From a virus: a stretch of DNA of 64,000 nt. Each line of letters opens with the position of its first letter. The first letter of the stretch is position 1. Location: the UHGV virus genome UHGV-0057547; one strand, given 5' to 3'. Positions 9,833 to 20,437 of this stretch are shown piece by piece. The notes beneath the pieces were generated by a model that worked only from the letters and a program-made list of their open reading frames with translations, was not told where the DNA came from and did not search any database. A program made the position numbers and the translations under genes.

Positions 9833-10999
9833 TTAATATTGTGCTAAGTTTATAGAGGCATTTAAGTCTCTATCCATTGTGTGTCCACATTCAGGACAAG
9901 TAAAAGTTCTATCTTTCAATTTTAATCTTTCTTTTCCTATTCTTATATATCCACATTTACTACAAGTTTGTGAACTAGGATACCATCTGTCAGCTACTAC
10001 TAATTCAATTCCATAGTCATCACATTTATAAGTTAATTGATTTTTGATTTCATTAAATCCTTGTTGCCCTATTGATTTACTTAGATGTTTATTTTTCATC
10101 ATCCCTTTTACGTTTAAATTTTCAATAACTACTCTTTGTGGTTTCTTTTCTACTATTTGATGTGTCATTGTATGTCTATAATTATTTCTTATACCTGCAA
10201 TTCTATGTTGTAATTTAAGTATTTGTTTTTCTAATTTTATTATATTATTAGTCTTATGATATTTCTTTCCTTGTCTATTCATTTCATATTTTCTACTCAC
10301 TTGTCGTTGCATACGTTTTAATTTCTTTTCTAATTTTCTAACATGAGCAGTTTTATTAATGTTTTTATATACTGTGCCATCACTACATATTGCTAAATCT
10401 TTTATTCCTAAGTCTATTCCTAATGATGTTGGATTTAATTCAGGTTTTTCTTTTATTTCTCTTAAGCCTACACTAATGCTCCAATATATCCCATTGTATG
10501 TGACTCTAGGATTTACATATTTAATTTTAGGATACATTTCGCTTTCTTCATAAGGTATATAACCTTTTCTAGCTAATTTGATTGTTCCTATCTTAGATAT
10601 TTTTACTGTATCTTCAGTGATTTTTATACGTTGATAATGTGGTGCAAAAGCTGGAGTTGTTTTATTTCTACTTTTAAATTTAGGATAACCAACATCAGGT
10701 CTTTTGAAAAAATTTTTAAAAGCATTACAACTATCTGTATATGCAATTACTAGTGCCATTGAATCACAATCTTTAAGCCATTCATTACCTTCTTGATTTT
10801 TGTAAGCAGTGAAATATTTGCTTAATCCTTTTGATGGTATAAACTTTTCTTTTTTAGGAATACTTTCATCTTCATATCTACTTTTTTGAAATGCTAAACA
10901 CCAATTATATACATGTCTTGCACATCCTGCTTGAAAGAACATTTGTTTTTCTTGTTGTTTTGTTGGATATAACCTAACTTTGAAAGTTCTAATCTCCAT
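9833..10999 (-). CDS. tnpB: TnpB (IS200/IS605-family RNA-guided RuvC-like nuclease), no adjacent TnpA
   Basis: RuvC-I IGIDLGIKDLAICSDG, RuvC-II VVIENLNVKGMMKN, zinc finger CSKCG..CPECGHTMDRDLNASINL; start ATG 10999 (MEIRTFKV) after GGGGGAATTGAAA. Confidence 0.85.
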   Translation of the reverse strand: MEIRTFKVRLYPTKQQEKQMFFQAGCARHVYNWCLAFQKSRYEDESIPKKEKFIPSKGLSKYFTAYKNQEGNEWLKDCDSMALVIAYTDSCNAFKNFFKRPDVGYPKFKSRNKTTPAFAPHYQRIKITEDTVKISKIGTIKLARKGYIPYEESEMYPKIKYVNPRVTYNGIYWSISVGLREIKEKPELNPTSLGIDLGIKDLAICSDGTVYKNINKTAHVRKLEKKLKRMQRQVSRKYEMNRQGKKYHKTNNIIKLEKQILKLQHRIAGIRNNYRHTMTHQIVEKKPQRVVIENLNVKGMMKNKHLSKSIGQQGFNEIKNQLTYKCDDYGIELVVADRWYPSSQTCSKCGYIRIGKERLKLKDRTFTCPECGHTMDRDLNASINLAQY

Positions 11000-11032
11000 T
11001 TTCAATTCCCCCATTTATCTTTATTTACTTAT

Positions 11033-11061
11033 ATTATACTATCGTCCTTATTAAAAGTCAA
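11033..11061 (-). promoter_or_regulatory. consensus promoter driving tnpB
   Basis: Reverse complement TTGACTTTTAATAAGGACGATAGTATAAT with 17-nt spacing. Confidence 0.6.
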
Positions 11062-11071
11062 TAAATTTTGA

Positions 11072-11100
11072 AAAAAACTGAGAAGAAAAATTTTCTTCTC
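11072..11100 (-). terminator. intrinsic terminator (GAGAAGAAAATTTTTCTTCTC plus T-run)
   Basis: Perfect hairpin followed by CAGTTTTTTT on the minus strand, right after the stop of 11100..11390. Confidence 0.55.
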
Positions 11101-11390
11101 TATATTAAATCATATAGTTCTATACATATTCTAGAAAGTAAATTATCTATTTCTATCAAATTGTCGGTACAAACAACATCCGTGTATTTCATTAAATTGG
11201 TAAGTGCATTTAAAACTCCTTTAATTTCTTCTTTTGATTTAAAATTTATTATTCCATTTTTAACTCTATTGTATAAAAATAATAAATAATATTCATCATC
11301 ACTCTTGAATCCTTTACCATACTTATTTAATGTTTTCTTTATGGCATCCTCTAGCATTTCACTTTCAACTAAGTTTAAATTATATTTCAT
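11100..11390 (-). CDS. hypothetical protein
   Basis: ORF track, 96 aa. Confidence 0.45.
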   Translation of the reverse strand: MKYNLNLVESEMLEDAIKKTLNKYGKGFKSDDEYYLLFLYNRVKNGIINFKSKEEIKGVLNALTNLMKYTDVVCTDNLIEIDNLLSRICIELYDLI

Positions 11391-11514
11391 AATTCCCCAA
11401 CTCCTTTTTATTTTTTTATTTTATTTACTTATATTGTACTATTACTTTTATTAAATGTCAAGTATTTTTGAAAAAAACTGAGAAGAAATTTTTCTTCTCT
11501 AAATTAAGTATTTA

Positions 11515-11799
11515 TTAAAATGTCTTAATTAAGAATACTATCATTATTACTACTCCTATGCCCCCTAAAATTGCTCCCATTTTACTAAATTTAATTTGTT
11601 CTTCCATTGCCATTATTAATCTTTCTTTGTCCTCTTGTACTGTAAATCCATCTTTTCTCATTTCCTCTATAAGCGTATCTATATTGGCTGAGTATTCATT
11701 GTAATATGCTCTATCTCTAATGTAATTTAGAATAGGTAAAAAAGCTAAACAAATACCAAATACTTCTAATGCTCTACTTATTAATAATGATAAATTCAT
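11515..11799 (-). CDS. small membrane protein (two TM segments)
   Basis: ORF track; hydrophobic N- and C-terminal segments. Confidence 0.45.
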   Translation of the reverse strand: MNLSLLISRALEVFGICLAFLPILNYIRDRAYYNEYSANIDTLIEEMRKDGFTVQEDKERLIMAMEEQIKFSKMGAILGGIGVVIMIVFLIKTF

Positions 11800-11940
11800 A
11801 AAATACCTCCAATTTAAAGTCCTTAAGACTATTTATTTTTTTTATTTTGTTTTTTTATATTTATTATACTATTATTATATCATGTAGTTTATGTTATGTC
11901 AAGCATTTTTGAAAAAACTGAGAAGAAAATTTTTCTTCTC

Positions 11941-12537
11941 TTATAAACTTAGATTTAATAAATTAACTTGTTCTATTATTTCTTTATTATCAGATAAAAA
12001 AACTTTTTTTCTTCTATCGTACAATACTACATGACTACCACATTTCTTGCAACTAGCACCTTTGAAGGCTTGCTTTTTGCTTTCTGTCAATTTACTAACA
12101 GTTCCTATTATTCCATCTTTTGGACAGATTACAAAATATTTATCATTTCTTTCTTCATATTTCAATTTTACTTTCAGACTATCAGATATTTCTAAATACT
12201 TACAAACTTCTTTCCATCTATCATCATGATTACAATTATCATCGTGTAATTCATTAGCTATATAATGTGCTAATTCATGTTTTAATACGTATTCAAGTTT
12301 TTCATTTGTTGCATTTCTAAAAAATGATTTAGATATTTGCATGTCACAAGGGACTATTTTTTTAGAGTTTCTTGTAAGATAAAATCTATAACAAGCAACT
12401 TTCTTTTTAAATCTTCCATTAAGATTTATATCTTTTTCAAATAATGGTATTTCATTTCCTGTTTTCTTATTAAACATTTCTATGTTTTCATTTAAAAATA
12501 CTCTTACTTCATTAACATTTTTTATTCTTCTTTCCAT
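11941..12537 (-). CDS. SprT-like zinc metalloprotease with C-terminal zinc ribbon
   Basis: HELAHYIANELH HExxH motif plus CKKCGSHVVL. Confidence 0.55.
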   Translation of the reverse strand: MERRIKNVNEVRVFLNENIEMFNKKTGNEIPLFEKDINLNGRFKKKVACYRFYLTRNSKKIVPCDMQISKSFFRNATNEKLEYVLKHELAHYIANELHDDNCNHDDRWKEVCKYLEISDSLKVKLKYEERNDKYFVICPKDGIIGTVSKLTESKKQAFKGASCKKCGSHVVLYDRRKKVFLSDNKEIIEQVNLLNLSL

Positions 12538-12650
12538 TCTTCATTCCCCCTAAAATATTTTTATTATTTATTTCTTTTATACTTATATTATATACTAGAT
12601 TTTATCTATTGTCAAGTATTTTTGTAAAAACTGAGAAGAAAAAATCTTCT

Positions 12651-13238
12651 CTATTCAACTTCAACTTCTATTTTTTTAAAAAAATCTATCATTTCTTTTT
12701 CGTATTTATTGAAAAGTCTGACTGCTTTTTTATCTGCTATTTTTTCACATTCGATATTCCTATAGTGTTCCATTTGCATCTCACCAATTAACCAAGTATT
12801 TATTTCATATTCCTTTTCACATTCAAAATATAATTTATTATATCCATGTTTATCAAGCGACCTATTTAGTGTTATCATATGCCCTATTTCATGTAATATA
12901 GAAACCATGCAATAAACTTGAAAAAAATTCATTTCATATTTTTTCATTATGTAATTGTAATTAAAACCATAATGCTTTAAATAATCCACAAAATATTCAT
13001 GCTGTCTAATTATACTTTCTCTTTCGGTATAAACATTTTCAGGAACATATAACAAACTATATCTATCAACTTTTTCTTGTCCTCCACATGCAAAAGATTT
13101 TTTTGAATATTTTTGTATGCAATAAGGTATTCCTTTTTTCAATTCTTTTTTCTCTATAAAAAAATCAAATATTGAATTCATAAAATCTTCTGTGATGTCA
13201 ATATATTTTCTTTTTATTAAATCACTTTTAAGTTTCAT
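12651..13238 (-). CDS. HExxH metallopeptidase-like protein
   Basis: ILHEIGHMITL motif. Confidence 0.45.
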   Translation of the reverse strand: MKLKSDLIKRKYIDITEDFMNSIFDFFIEKKELKKGIPYCIQKYSKKSFACGGQEKVDRYSLLYVPENVYTERESIIRQHEYFVDYLKHYGFNYNYIMKKYEMNFFQVYCMVSILHEIGHMITLNRSLDKHGYNKLYFECEKEYEINTWLIGEMQMEHYRNIECEKIADKKAVRLFNKYEKEMIDFFKKIEVEVE

Positions 13239-13384
13239 TTTTTATTTCCCCCTTTATACTATATATTATATATTAAGTTTTATATATTGTCAATCACTTT
13301 TGAAAAAAACTGAGAAGAAAAAATTCTTCTCTTTTAAAAAAAATTTTCTTTAATAAAATCTTTTATTTCAATTAGAATTACTCC

Positions 13385-13498
13385 GTTTCAATACTTGTTA
13401 TCAAGCTTCCCTATTCAACGTATCCTCTTCCCCTCTTATGAGGTACTCAAGTTTATATGATACTCCAAGGGCGTAAATTCGGAACTGAACTTTCCTAT
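13385..13498 (-). ncRNA. E element copy 4 (stand-alone unit: promoter, element, terminator)
   Basis: Preceded by promoter 13500-13560 and followed by a GAGAAGAATTTTTTCTTCTC terminator before the next promoter. Confidence 0.5.
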
Positions 13499-13657
13499 TT
13501 ATTTCTTATTTACTTATATTATACTATTTTTACTGTTGAATGTCAAGTATTATTTTTAAAAACTGGGAAGAAAAATTTTCTTCCCTTGATTGTTTTCGCA
13601 CAAAAGTAGGCTACGTCAGCACAAAAGTGGGCGACCCTATATTTTATTCCAATTTAA

Positions 13658-14236
13658 TTATTCCAATTTTTTAATCATATAGTGCGTAATTTTTCTTTTT
13701 CCTTTTTTCTTTCTTTTTAAATCATATCCATGCTCTTTTAATATTTTTTCTAAAGTGGGTAAACCTATTAATCTATTTCTGTTATCCCTAAGGTTATTTT
13801 TAATAATTATATCATTAAAAATAATATCTCTAGTAATCCATTTATTAAGTAGATTATCTTCAATGGAAAGGTCAATTTTTATATGTTTATGTTTTCTATG
13901 AATAACACTAAGATGACAATGTATACATAATGTTTTATAAGTATAAAACAAGTGTTTTCCTAATACTTTTTCTTCTATGTTTTTCAACTCTAATTTTGTA
14001 TAATTATCTATTGTTTTATATTCTTCTAGTCCTAACTCAATTAAAGTATCTTTTACCATATTAGCAAATGGATAAATGTGATGAACTTGTAAATCTTCAA
14101 TTCCACCGCATTGTTCACATTTATTCTTTTTAACTAACTTTACAAACTTATACCAAACTTTTATCCTTATATAATTGTTTAATGTTTGTTTTCTTTTTTC
14201 ATTATTTAACATTCCTTTTTTAATTATAATATTCAC
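13658..14236 (-). CDS. HNH endonuclease
   Basis: CEQCGG..LQVHHIYPF..CIHCH HNH/zinc motif. Confidence 0.6.
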   Translation of the reverse strand: MNIIIKKGMLNNEKRKQTLNNYIRIKVWYKFVKLVKKNKCEQCGGIEDLQVHHIYPFANMVKDTLIELGLEEYKTIDNYTKLELKNIEEKVLGKHLFYTYKTLCIHCHLSVIHRKHKHIKIDLSIEDNLLNKWITRDIIFNDIIIKNNLRDNRNRLIGLPTLEKILKEHGYDLKRKKKGKRKITHYMIKKLE

Positions 14237-14239
14237 CTT

Positions 14240-15307
14240 TTATTTTTTATTATAAATATACATTTTGTAGAAATTATCCCAAATTTGATAGTATTCTTCA
14301 GAATATTGAAGTTGTCTTAATCTACTTTCTTTCATAAGTATAGCATATTCAACATTAAATCCATTTCTAGATTTTATTTTTTCATCAATAGTTTTTTTAT
14401 TTTTATTTTGTCTTTTTAGTGCCAAAGATTTTCTAATTTCATATATATCATTTTTAATTATATCCACATCAAAACCATTTAAATAGTTCTTCTTAATATA
14501 TTCTATATCTTTAGTTAGAAAAATTTGAAATGCTTCATAAGTATATTTATATCCTAATTCACAAGTCAATTCAAAACTTAATTCTTTATCAAAGTCTTTT
14601 AATTTTTGAATATTACATTTTATATTTTCCTTTCTGTTGCCATATACTAAATCATTTCTACTTGTAATACTATATTTCTCACATATTCTATTTTCAATAT
14701 CTATTACTTTTCTTAATTGTATAGAATTTGTATTAAGATACACTTCATTATTTTCTAAGTCTACTGCAATTTTCACTTTATACCATTTTATTAAATTATC
14801 TTTTTTTTCAAGTTTATTTAAAGCAGATAAAAAATTTGAATATAAGGCAGAATTTTCAACAGAGAAAAAATCTTTTTTAACTATATCTTTATCGTTTAAA
14901 ATAGGATATTGATAATTAATATTCTTTTTTTCATTTGGATAAAATATTTCTACTAGAGCCATACTAGTTAGCCAATTGTCAAATGTTTTTACACAATATG
15001 TTTCATCTTTAAAATTGCAATAACCTATAATAGAATTTAATAAAGCTTGTTTCATTAAAAAACTCATACTCTTTTCATCCTCCTTAATATCATATACTTT
15101 CCTTTTGGAACTATCAAATTCTATCCCATTGCTCCCCATAAGAGTATAATATACTCTACTTCCTATTTTATTTTTTTCCACTGCACATACTTTGGAAAGT
15201 TTATTGATTAAAGTTTTTTCTTTTTTTCTAAAATTACTATAACTGTAGTCACAAAGTTCACAAAGTTCTTTTGATGTATAAGTCCCATCTTGTAATATTA
15301 CTTCCAT
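14240..15307 (-). CDS. hypothetical protein
   Basis: ORF track, 355 aa; start after GGAGTTGATGAT. Confidence 0.5.
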   Translation of the reverse strand: MEVILQDGTYTSKELCELCDYSYSNFRKKEKTLINKLSKVCAVEKNKIGSRVYYTLMGSNGIEFDSSKRKVYDIKEDEKSMSFLMKQALLNSIIGYCNFKDETYCVKTFDNWLTSMALVEIFYPNEKKNINYQYPILNDKDIVKKDFFSVENSALYSNFLSALNKLEKKDNLIKWYKVKIAVDLENNEVYLNTNSIQLRKVIDIENRICEKYSITSRNDLVYGNRKENIKCNIQKLKDFDKELSFELTCELGYKYTYEAFQIFLTKDIEYIKKNYLNGFDVDIIKNDIYEIRKSLALKRQNKNKKTIDEKIKSRNGFNVEYAILMKESRLRQLQYSEEYYQIWDNFYKMYIYNKK

Positions 15308-15489
15308 ATCATCAACTCCTTTTGTCCCCCAAACAGTTCTCTATATATATTATATTATATATTATATTATAGAACTGTTTGGGGGACATTATTTTTATAT
15401 ATTTATATATATTATACTATAAATTTTATTAAAAGTCAATAATAAAAATAAAAAAAAGAAAGGCTATTTAAACCTTTCTTTTATATGAA

Positions 15490-16065
15490 TTAAACATTAA
15501 ACATTAAATCACCTAAGCATAAAAGAAAATCTTTTTCTAATTCCCAGTTATCCCATATTAAAACATCATATTCATTTTTTGTATGTCCTTCATATCCTTT
15601 TTCACAATATAACCAAGTTATTAATTCACCATCGGCTTCTCTGTAAGTTGCTCTATGTGCCACTACTGTTTCTAAATAATTTGTATCATGTAAAAAATCT
15701 TCATTTTTTAAATCTTCTTCTGTTAATTTGTCTTTTGCTATTTTTAAAACAAATATATCATTACAGTTTTCTATATCTTCATCTTTATAACCTAAAGTCA
15801 CTGTTGCTTCATAATTATCATCCAATTCTTCTATATCTACATTAATCTTATCTATATCTTTAGCAGAATCTAAATATAATTTTTTATTATCATTTAATTC
15901 ATTATATTGTGGCTGATATTCTTCAATGTTTCTTTCGATTTCATTTATTATATTTTCTTTTAACAATTTTTCACCTTGTTCTATTTGGTTATTAGAACAT
16001 CCTATCATAGATATGGCCATTAGACCTCCTAAAATCAATCCTAAGCCCTTTCTAAATACTTTCAT
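15490..16065 (-). CDS. lipoprotein
   Basis: Signal peptide with lipobox MISMIGC. Confidence 0.55.
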   Translation of the reverse strand: MKVFRKGLGLILGGLMAISMIGCSNNQIEQGEKLLKENIINEIERNIEEYQPQYNELNDNKKLYLDSAKDIDKINVDIEELDDNYEATVTLGYKDEDIENCNDIFVLKIAKDKLTEEDLKNEDFLHDTNYLETVVAHRATYREADGELITWLYCEKGYEGHTKNEYDVLIWDNWELEKDFLLCLGDLMFNV

Positions 16066-16158
16066 GAATAATTCCTCCTTTAACCTTTAAAATTCATTTA
16101 AATCAATTATATCCCATTATAGGACAGAATATACAACTGAGGATATTAAATATCCTCT

Positions 16159-16314
16159 TTATTTGTTTTTATCAGGTAGACAAACTATAACTAATAGTGC
16201 GAAAAATCCAAAGAAAAATCCTAATAATAACCAAGCTACAGTACTTCTACCTTTTTCAGTAGCAATAAGACAACATCCAATTGCAAATAAAATACTCCAA
16301 ATTAATATAGCCAT
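16159..16314 (-). CDS. small membrane protein (51 aa)
   Basis: Unlisted ORF MAILIWSILFAIGCCLIATEKGRSTVAWLLLGFFFGFFALLVIVCLPDKNK, RBS AAAAGGAG. Confidence 0.4.
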   Translation of the reverse strand: MAILIWSILFAIGCCLIATEKGRSTVAWLLLGFFFGFFALLVIVCLPDKNK

Positions 16315-16380
16315 AATTTCAACTCCTTTTTAAATTTTATATTTTGTTATCAACTGAGGATATTAAATATCCTCTTTAAT

Positions 16381-16971
16381 TTAATATGTTATTAAATCCA
16401 ATTCTTCCATTTCGTTTAATAAGTCATAATCGCATACATCTTTATAATAGCCATTTTCATATTTAAATAAATTTATCTCATCGCTTAAAGCATTTACTTC
16501 TACATAATATATTTCATCATTTAATTCAACTTCTACTGATTTAGAACATTCTAAGAATAATTCTAAAAATTCTTCTTCATAATTAAATTTCAAATACATC
16601 CATTCAGAATATCCAACTCTTACATCTCCACGTCCACAATGAACTCTAAATCCAACTATATATTCATCTTCTTTAGTATCATAATAAGTTCTAAAATCAA
16701 TATGATTAATTAATGGTGCATTCCAGTTATAAGTATTATCGGCAGTTATTTCTTCTATCCAACCTTCATCAAGTCCTATTTCTAAATAATCATCAATATA
16801 ATATTCATAATCAGTTTCTTCTTCTTTATCCCATATAATACCATTAATAACTTCATAAGGTTCTAAAACATTTAATATATCCATTATATCAACTGTCAAT
16901 TCATTTTCTTTTATATTATAAGTTCCTTCTAAGCATTTTTTTACATCTTCTATTTTTGTTCTTCCAAACAT
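16381..16971 (-). CDS. hypothetical acidic protein
   Basis: ORF track; start ATG 16971 after GGAGGTTTAT. Confidence 0.5.
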   Translation of the reverse strand: MFGRTKIEDVKKCLEGTYNIKENELTVDIMDILNVLEPYEVINGIIWDKEEETDYEYYIDDYLEIGLDEGWIEEITADNTYNWNAPLINHIDFRTYYDTKEDEYIVGFRVHCGRGDVRVGYSEWMYLKFNYEEEFLELFLECSKSVEVELNDEIYYVEVNALSDEINLFKYENGYYKDVCDYDLLNEMEELDLITY

Positions 16972-17220
16972 ATAAACCTCCAAGTTTAAAGTCCTAAAGA
17001 CTATTTATTTTTTTATTTATACTTATATTATATAGTATAATTTATATCATGTCAACTATTTTTAAAAAAATATTTTAAATTTTTTATTTTGTTTTTATTG
17101 ATTGTTAATAACTGAGAACATTAAATATCCTCTTTATACTATATATTATATATTAGTTTATATGATATGTCAATATAATATTAAAAAAATATAGAGAAAA
17201 AATCTCTATATTTTTTATAT

Positions 17221-18051
17221 CTATGCCAATTGTTGTAAATCAGTTTTATTTATTTCTATTTTTAAAATTTTACTTAATGCCATTATGCCTTTAGGAGTGA
17301 TTTTAAGATTACTATAATTATGACCTTCTTTCTCTCCAACTATTACCTTAAACCACGTTTTATCAACTTCAGAATACGGTAACCAACTTTTGCCTTGCTT
17401 GAATATAATTCTATTTTCATTTAATGTTTTATTAAATTGTTGTGCTGATTTAAATTTAAATAATTTAGCAACTTGAGTTGATGTATATAATCCATTGCTA
17501 TTCATAAAATCATCAAAATAATTTACTTTAGGTTTATCTTTTTCTATTTTTTCTAATAATGGTTTCTTTTCTAGTTTTGCTAATTCTTTTGATGCTACTA
17601 TTCCCTCTTGTCCACCATTATAGATATCTAGTAATAATTTTGCTTTTAATTGTTCATCAGAATTTATTACTTCTCTCATTGCAAAATATTCTCTTCTTAA
17701 TTGTTTTCTTATTTCTTTTGCTTTTTCAGTTTTCATGAATCCAACCAATAACATATAACCTTGTTCAGATAATAAATAGCAATTTTTTTGTCTATTATTA
17801 GTTATAAATCCTAAAACCTTAGCAAGGTTTAAGGATTTTTCATCAGACATCAAATCCAATAAATCAATTCCTATTTCAAATTCATCTATATGTTCATTTA
17901 TTAATGTATTAACTTTATCCAATCTAGTATCATGTATTTCAGATATTGTTTTAGCTAAGATAGCTTTTTGACCTTCACCAAATCCACTTTCTACAACAGG
18001 TATTTCTTTACCCATAAAATCTTGTGTGCCATTAACTTTCAATTCATTCAT
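17221..18051 (-). CDS. phage antirepressor-like regulatory protein
   Basis: N-terminal NGTQDFMGKEIPVVESGFGEG motif shared with 21650..22747 (paralogs); resembles ORF6N/KilA-N-type phage regulators. Confidence 0.4.
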   Translation of the reverse strand: MNELKVNGTQDFMGKEIPVVESGFGEGQKAILAKTISEIHDTRLDKVNTLINEHIDEFEIGIDLLDLMSDEKSLNLAKVLGFITNNRQKNCYLLSEQGYMLLVGFMKTEKAKEIRKQLRREYFAMREVINSDEQLKAKLLLDIYNGGQEGIVASKELAKLEKKPLLEKIEKDKPKVNYFDDFMNSNGLYTSTQVAKLFKFKSAQQFNKTLNENRIIFKQGKSWLPYSEVDKTWFKVIVGEKEGHNYSNLKITPKGIMALSKILKIEINKTDLQQLA

Positions 18052-18167
18052 ATTACCAGCTCCTTTTATTCTTATTTGATTATATTATACTTATGCCTTT
18101 ATTAAAAGTCAATAAAAACCTAAAAATAAATTTTAGGTTTCATAACTGAGGATTAATTAAAACCCTC

Positions 18168-18602
18168 TTATTTTACTTTATGTCCATTTATGCTATAAGT
18201 ATGAGTTTTGCCTTTATTGTCAATTCCTTTCACTGTCACCTTATAAGTTCTATATTCTTTTAAATCTTTTTCCATATTTGTTCCATGTAATTTGTTAGCT
18301 ACTTGTTTTACTATCTTCTTAGTTTTAGAACTGTTTAAGTTGCTTCTAAATTTAACTACATATTCTTTACTATTCATTTTTAAACTATAACTTGTTATTC
18401 TTAAATATTTTAATACTTCTTTATTTTCTCTTTTTTCTATGCTGTCAAGTGTTATGTAAGTTCTTCCTTTTGCTCCTTGAATTACTTTAGCATTAATTAT
18501 TACTGTATTTCCTAAAACCATTAAACCTATTAAACCTACCATAGTAATTTTTTTTATTAAATTTTTCATAATATCAAATCTCCTTTTTATTTTTTTATTC
18601 AC
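18168..18602 (-). CDS. secreted protein
   Basis: N-terminal signal-peptide-like hydrophobic segment. Confidence 0.45.
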   Translation of the reverse strand: MNKKIKRRFDIMKNLIKKITMVGLIGLMVLGNTVIINAKVIQGAKGRTYITLDSIEKRENKEVLKYLRITSYSLKMNSKEYVVKFRSNLNSSKTKKIVKQVANKLHGTNMEKDLKEYRTYKVTVKGIDNKGKTHTYSINGHKVK

Positions 18603-18623
18603 CTTTTGGGTGATAACTGAGGA

Positions 18624-18839
18624 TTATAAAATCCTCTTAAAATAAAAATTGAAGTTCATTCTATTAATGTCATCATGTATCATGTCATCGTGGACTTTTA
18701 CCCACTCATCGGATACACTGCTTAACAAATCCTCTATGCCTTCATTGAAATAGCTTAAATAAAAATTGTCAAATTTAATTGCGTTCATATCCAACTCTCT
18801 ATCCTCTGAAAACATATTATTTTTTGCTTCTACTGTCAA
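18624..18839 (-). CDS. hypothetical protein
   Basis: ORF track, 71 aa; E5 in its leader. Confidence 0.4.
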   Translation of the reverse strand: MTVEAKNNMFSEDRELDMNAIKFDNFYLSYFNEGIEDLLSSVSDEWVKVHDDMIHDDINRMNFNFYFKRIL

Positions 18840-18842
18840 TAG

Positions 18843-18954
18843 GTTTCAGTGCTCATTAGTAAGCTTCCCTGTTCAACGTGTTCTCTTTCGTTTTAAACTA
18901 CTCAAGTTTTTTACAACACTCCAAGGGCGTAAATTCGGAACTGAACTTTCCTAT
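18843..18954 (-). ncRNA. E element copy 5
   Basis: Starts immediately after promoter TTGACATTATATATAAGCTAGTATATAAT (18958-18995). Confidence 0.5.
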
Positions 18955-19045
18955 TTATATTATATACTAGCTTATATATAATGTCAACTGAAAACTTAAA
19001 AATAAATTTTAAATTTTCTCACTGAGGATATTATTAAATATCCTC

Positions 19046-19303
19046 TTAATACCATTTTCCGTATCTACTTTCATATTCATCTAGTGTTATTATACTAAAA
19101 TCAATCTCTGAATCTACCTCTGATATTTCAACTATATAAGGTTTTCTATTGATAAAAACTTTTGTATCTGAAACATATTTTATATTGTCTAAAACCTTTT
19201 TTAAATTTTGTTTATTAAGTTTATCTAGCATATTATCATATATACCTAATGTATACCCTTCACTTTTTATTTTATTTATTATTATTTCCTTATTTGTTTT
19301 CAT
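19046..19303 (-). CDS. hypothetical protein
   Basis: ORF track, 85 aa. Confidence 0.45.
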   Translation of the reverse strand: MKTNKEIIINKIKSEGYTLGIYDNMLDKLNKQNLKKVLDNIKYVSDTKVFINRKPYIVEISEVDSEIDFSIITLDEYESRYGKWY

Positions 19304-19416
19304 TTTTAAAATCCTCCTAATTCATTTTTATACTATAATTGTATCATAGTATTTATCTATTGTCAAGTAAAAACTTAAAAATAATTTTTATTTTTCTTAA
19401 CTTTCATAACTGAGGA

Positions 19417-19842
19417 TTAATTAAAATCCTCCAAAGATATTAGTATTTGTTTAAATACATTATCATTGCTTAAATCTTTTATTATATTTTTTAAATCATT
19501 ATTTTTATTACTGTCTCTTATTATTAATTCTATGTCTTCTTCTATGTAATCTATGCTGTCATAGACATATTCTTCATAGTCACATCCCATATAGCTTACT
19601 AGTTCTCCATTATCATTATAATGAAATAAATCTTCATTAGAATTAAAATTACCATTTTCAATTTTATCTGCTATTTCTAGTGGCTCTAAACCTTCCATTA
19701 ATTCGTTGAATTCTTCCATATCATGAACTATTAACCAATCTAAATAAAAACTATTATAACTTATAACTTCAACAAGTTCTAATAAATCAGTGTAATTACT
19801 TCTATCCTCTAAATTTTTTCTTAAAGATTCAAATTTATTCAT
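19417..19842 (-). CDS. hypothetical acidic protein
   Basis: ORF track, 141 aa. Confidence 0.45.
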   Translation of the reverse strand: MNKFESLRKNLEDRSNYTDLLELVEVISYNSFYLDWLIVHDMEEFNELMEGLEPLEIADKIENGNFNSNEDLFHYNDNGELVSYMGCDYEEYVYDSIDYIEEDIELIIRDSNKNNDLKNIIKDLSNDNVFKQILISLEDFN

Positions 19843-19979
19843 AATAACAACTCCCTTATTTATTTTTTTTATTTATCTTTATACTATGTATTATATACTA
19901 GTAATTATATATTGTCAAGTGAAAATCTAAATTTTATTTTTAAATTTTCATAACTGAGAATACAGAATTGTATTCTCTT

Positions 19980-20309
19980 TTAGATATTTAAGAATTCATT
20001 ATCTTCTAACATTGTTACTTTATAATCATAATATTTTTTTATAATGTTGATATCGTTTTTATCATATGCTATTATATAAATATTACCTTCTACTTCAGCA
20101 ACTTCTCCAATAATAAAATTATTAAATCGTTCCAATGTTAAATCTTCCAATACAGAATCATCTTCTTCAAATAATTTTTCTTTTTCTTTTTCATCTTTTG
20201 CTAATAAATCAACTAAACATTCAAAATGTAAACTATTTTCTATAAGTTTTCCATCAGCTATAACAAAAGCATTTTTTCTATATAATTCATAATCATATTC
20301 TATTTTCAT
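19980..20309 (-). CDS. hypothetical protein
   Basis: ORF track, 109 aa. Confidence 0.45.
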   Translation of the reverse strand: MKIEYDYELYRKNAFVIADGKLIENSLHFECLVDLLAKDEKEKEKLFEEDDSVLEDLTLERFNNFIIGEVAEVEGNIYIIAYDKNDINIIKKYYDYKVTMLEDNEFLNI

Positions 20310-20437
20310 AATAATAACTCCCTTTAATTTATTTTTTATTTATCTTTATACTATGTATTATATATTAGTGATTATATATTGTCAAGCATTTAAATAAAAA
20401 AATCCATATATTTTTACATATATGGATTTTAGATATT

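Noticed and set aside
10985-11014. Listed TnpB start MGELKMEIRT at 11014
   Set aside because: ATGGGGGAATTGAAA is the Shine-Dalgarno region itself; the start at 10999 (MEIRTFKV) has proper RBS spacing.
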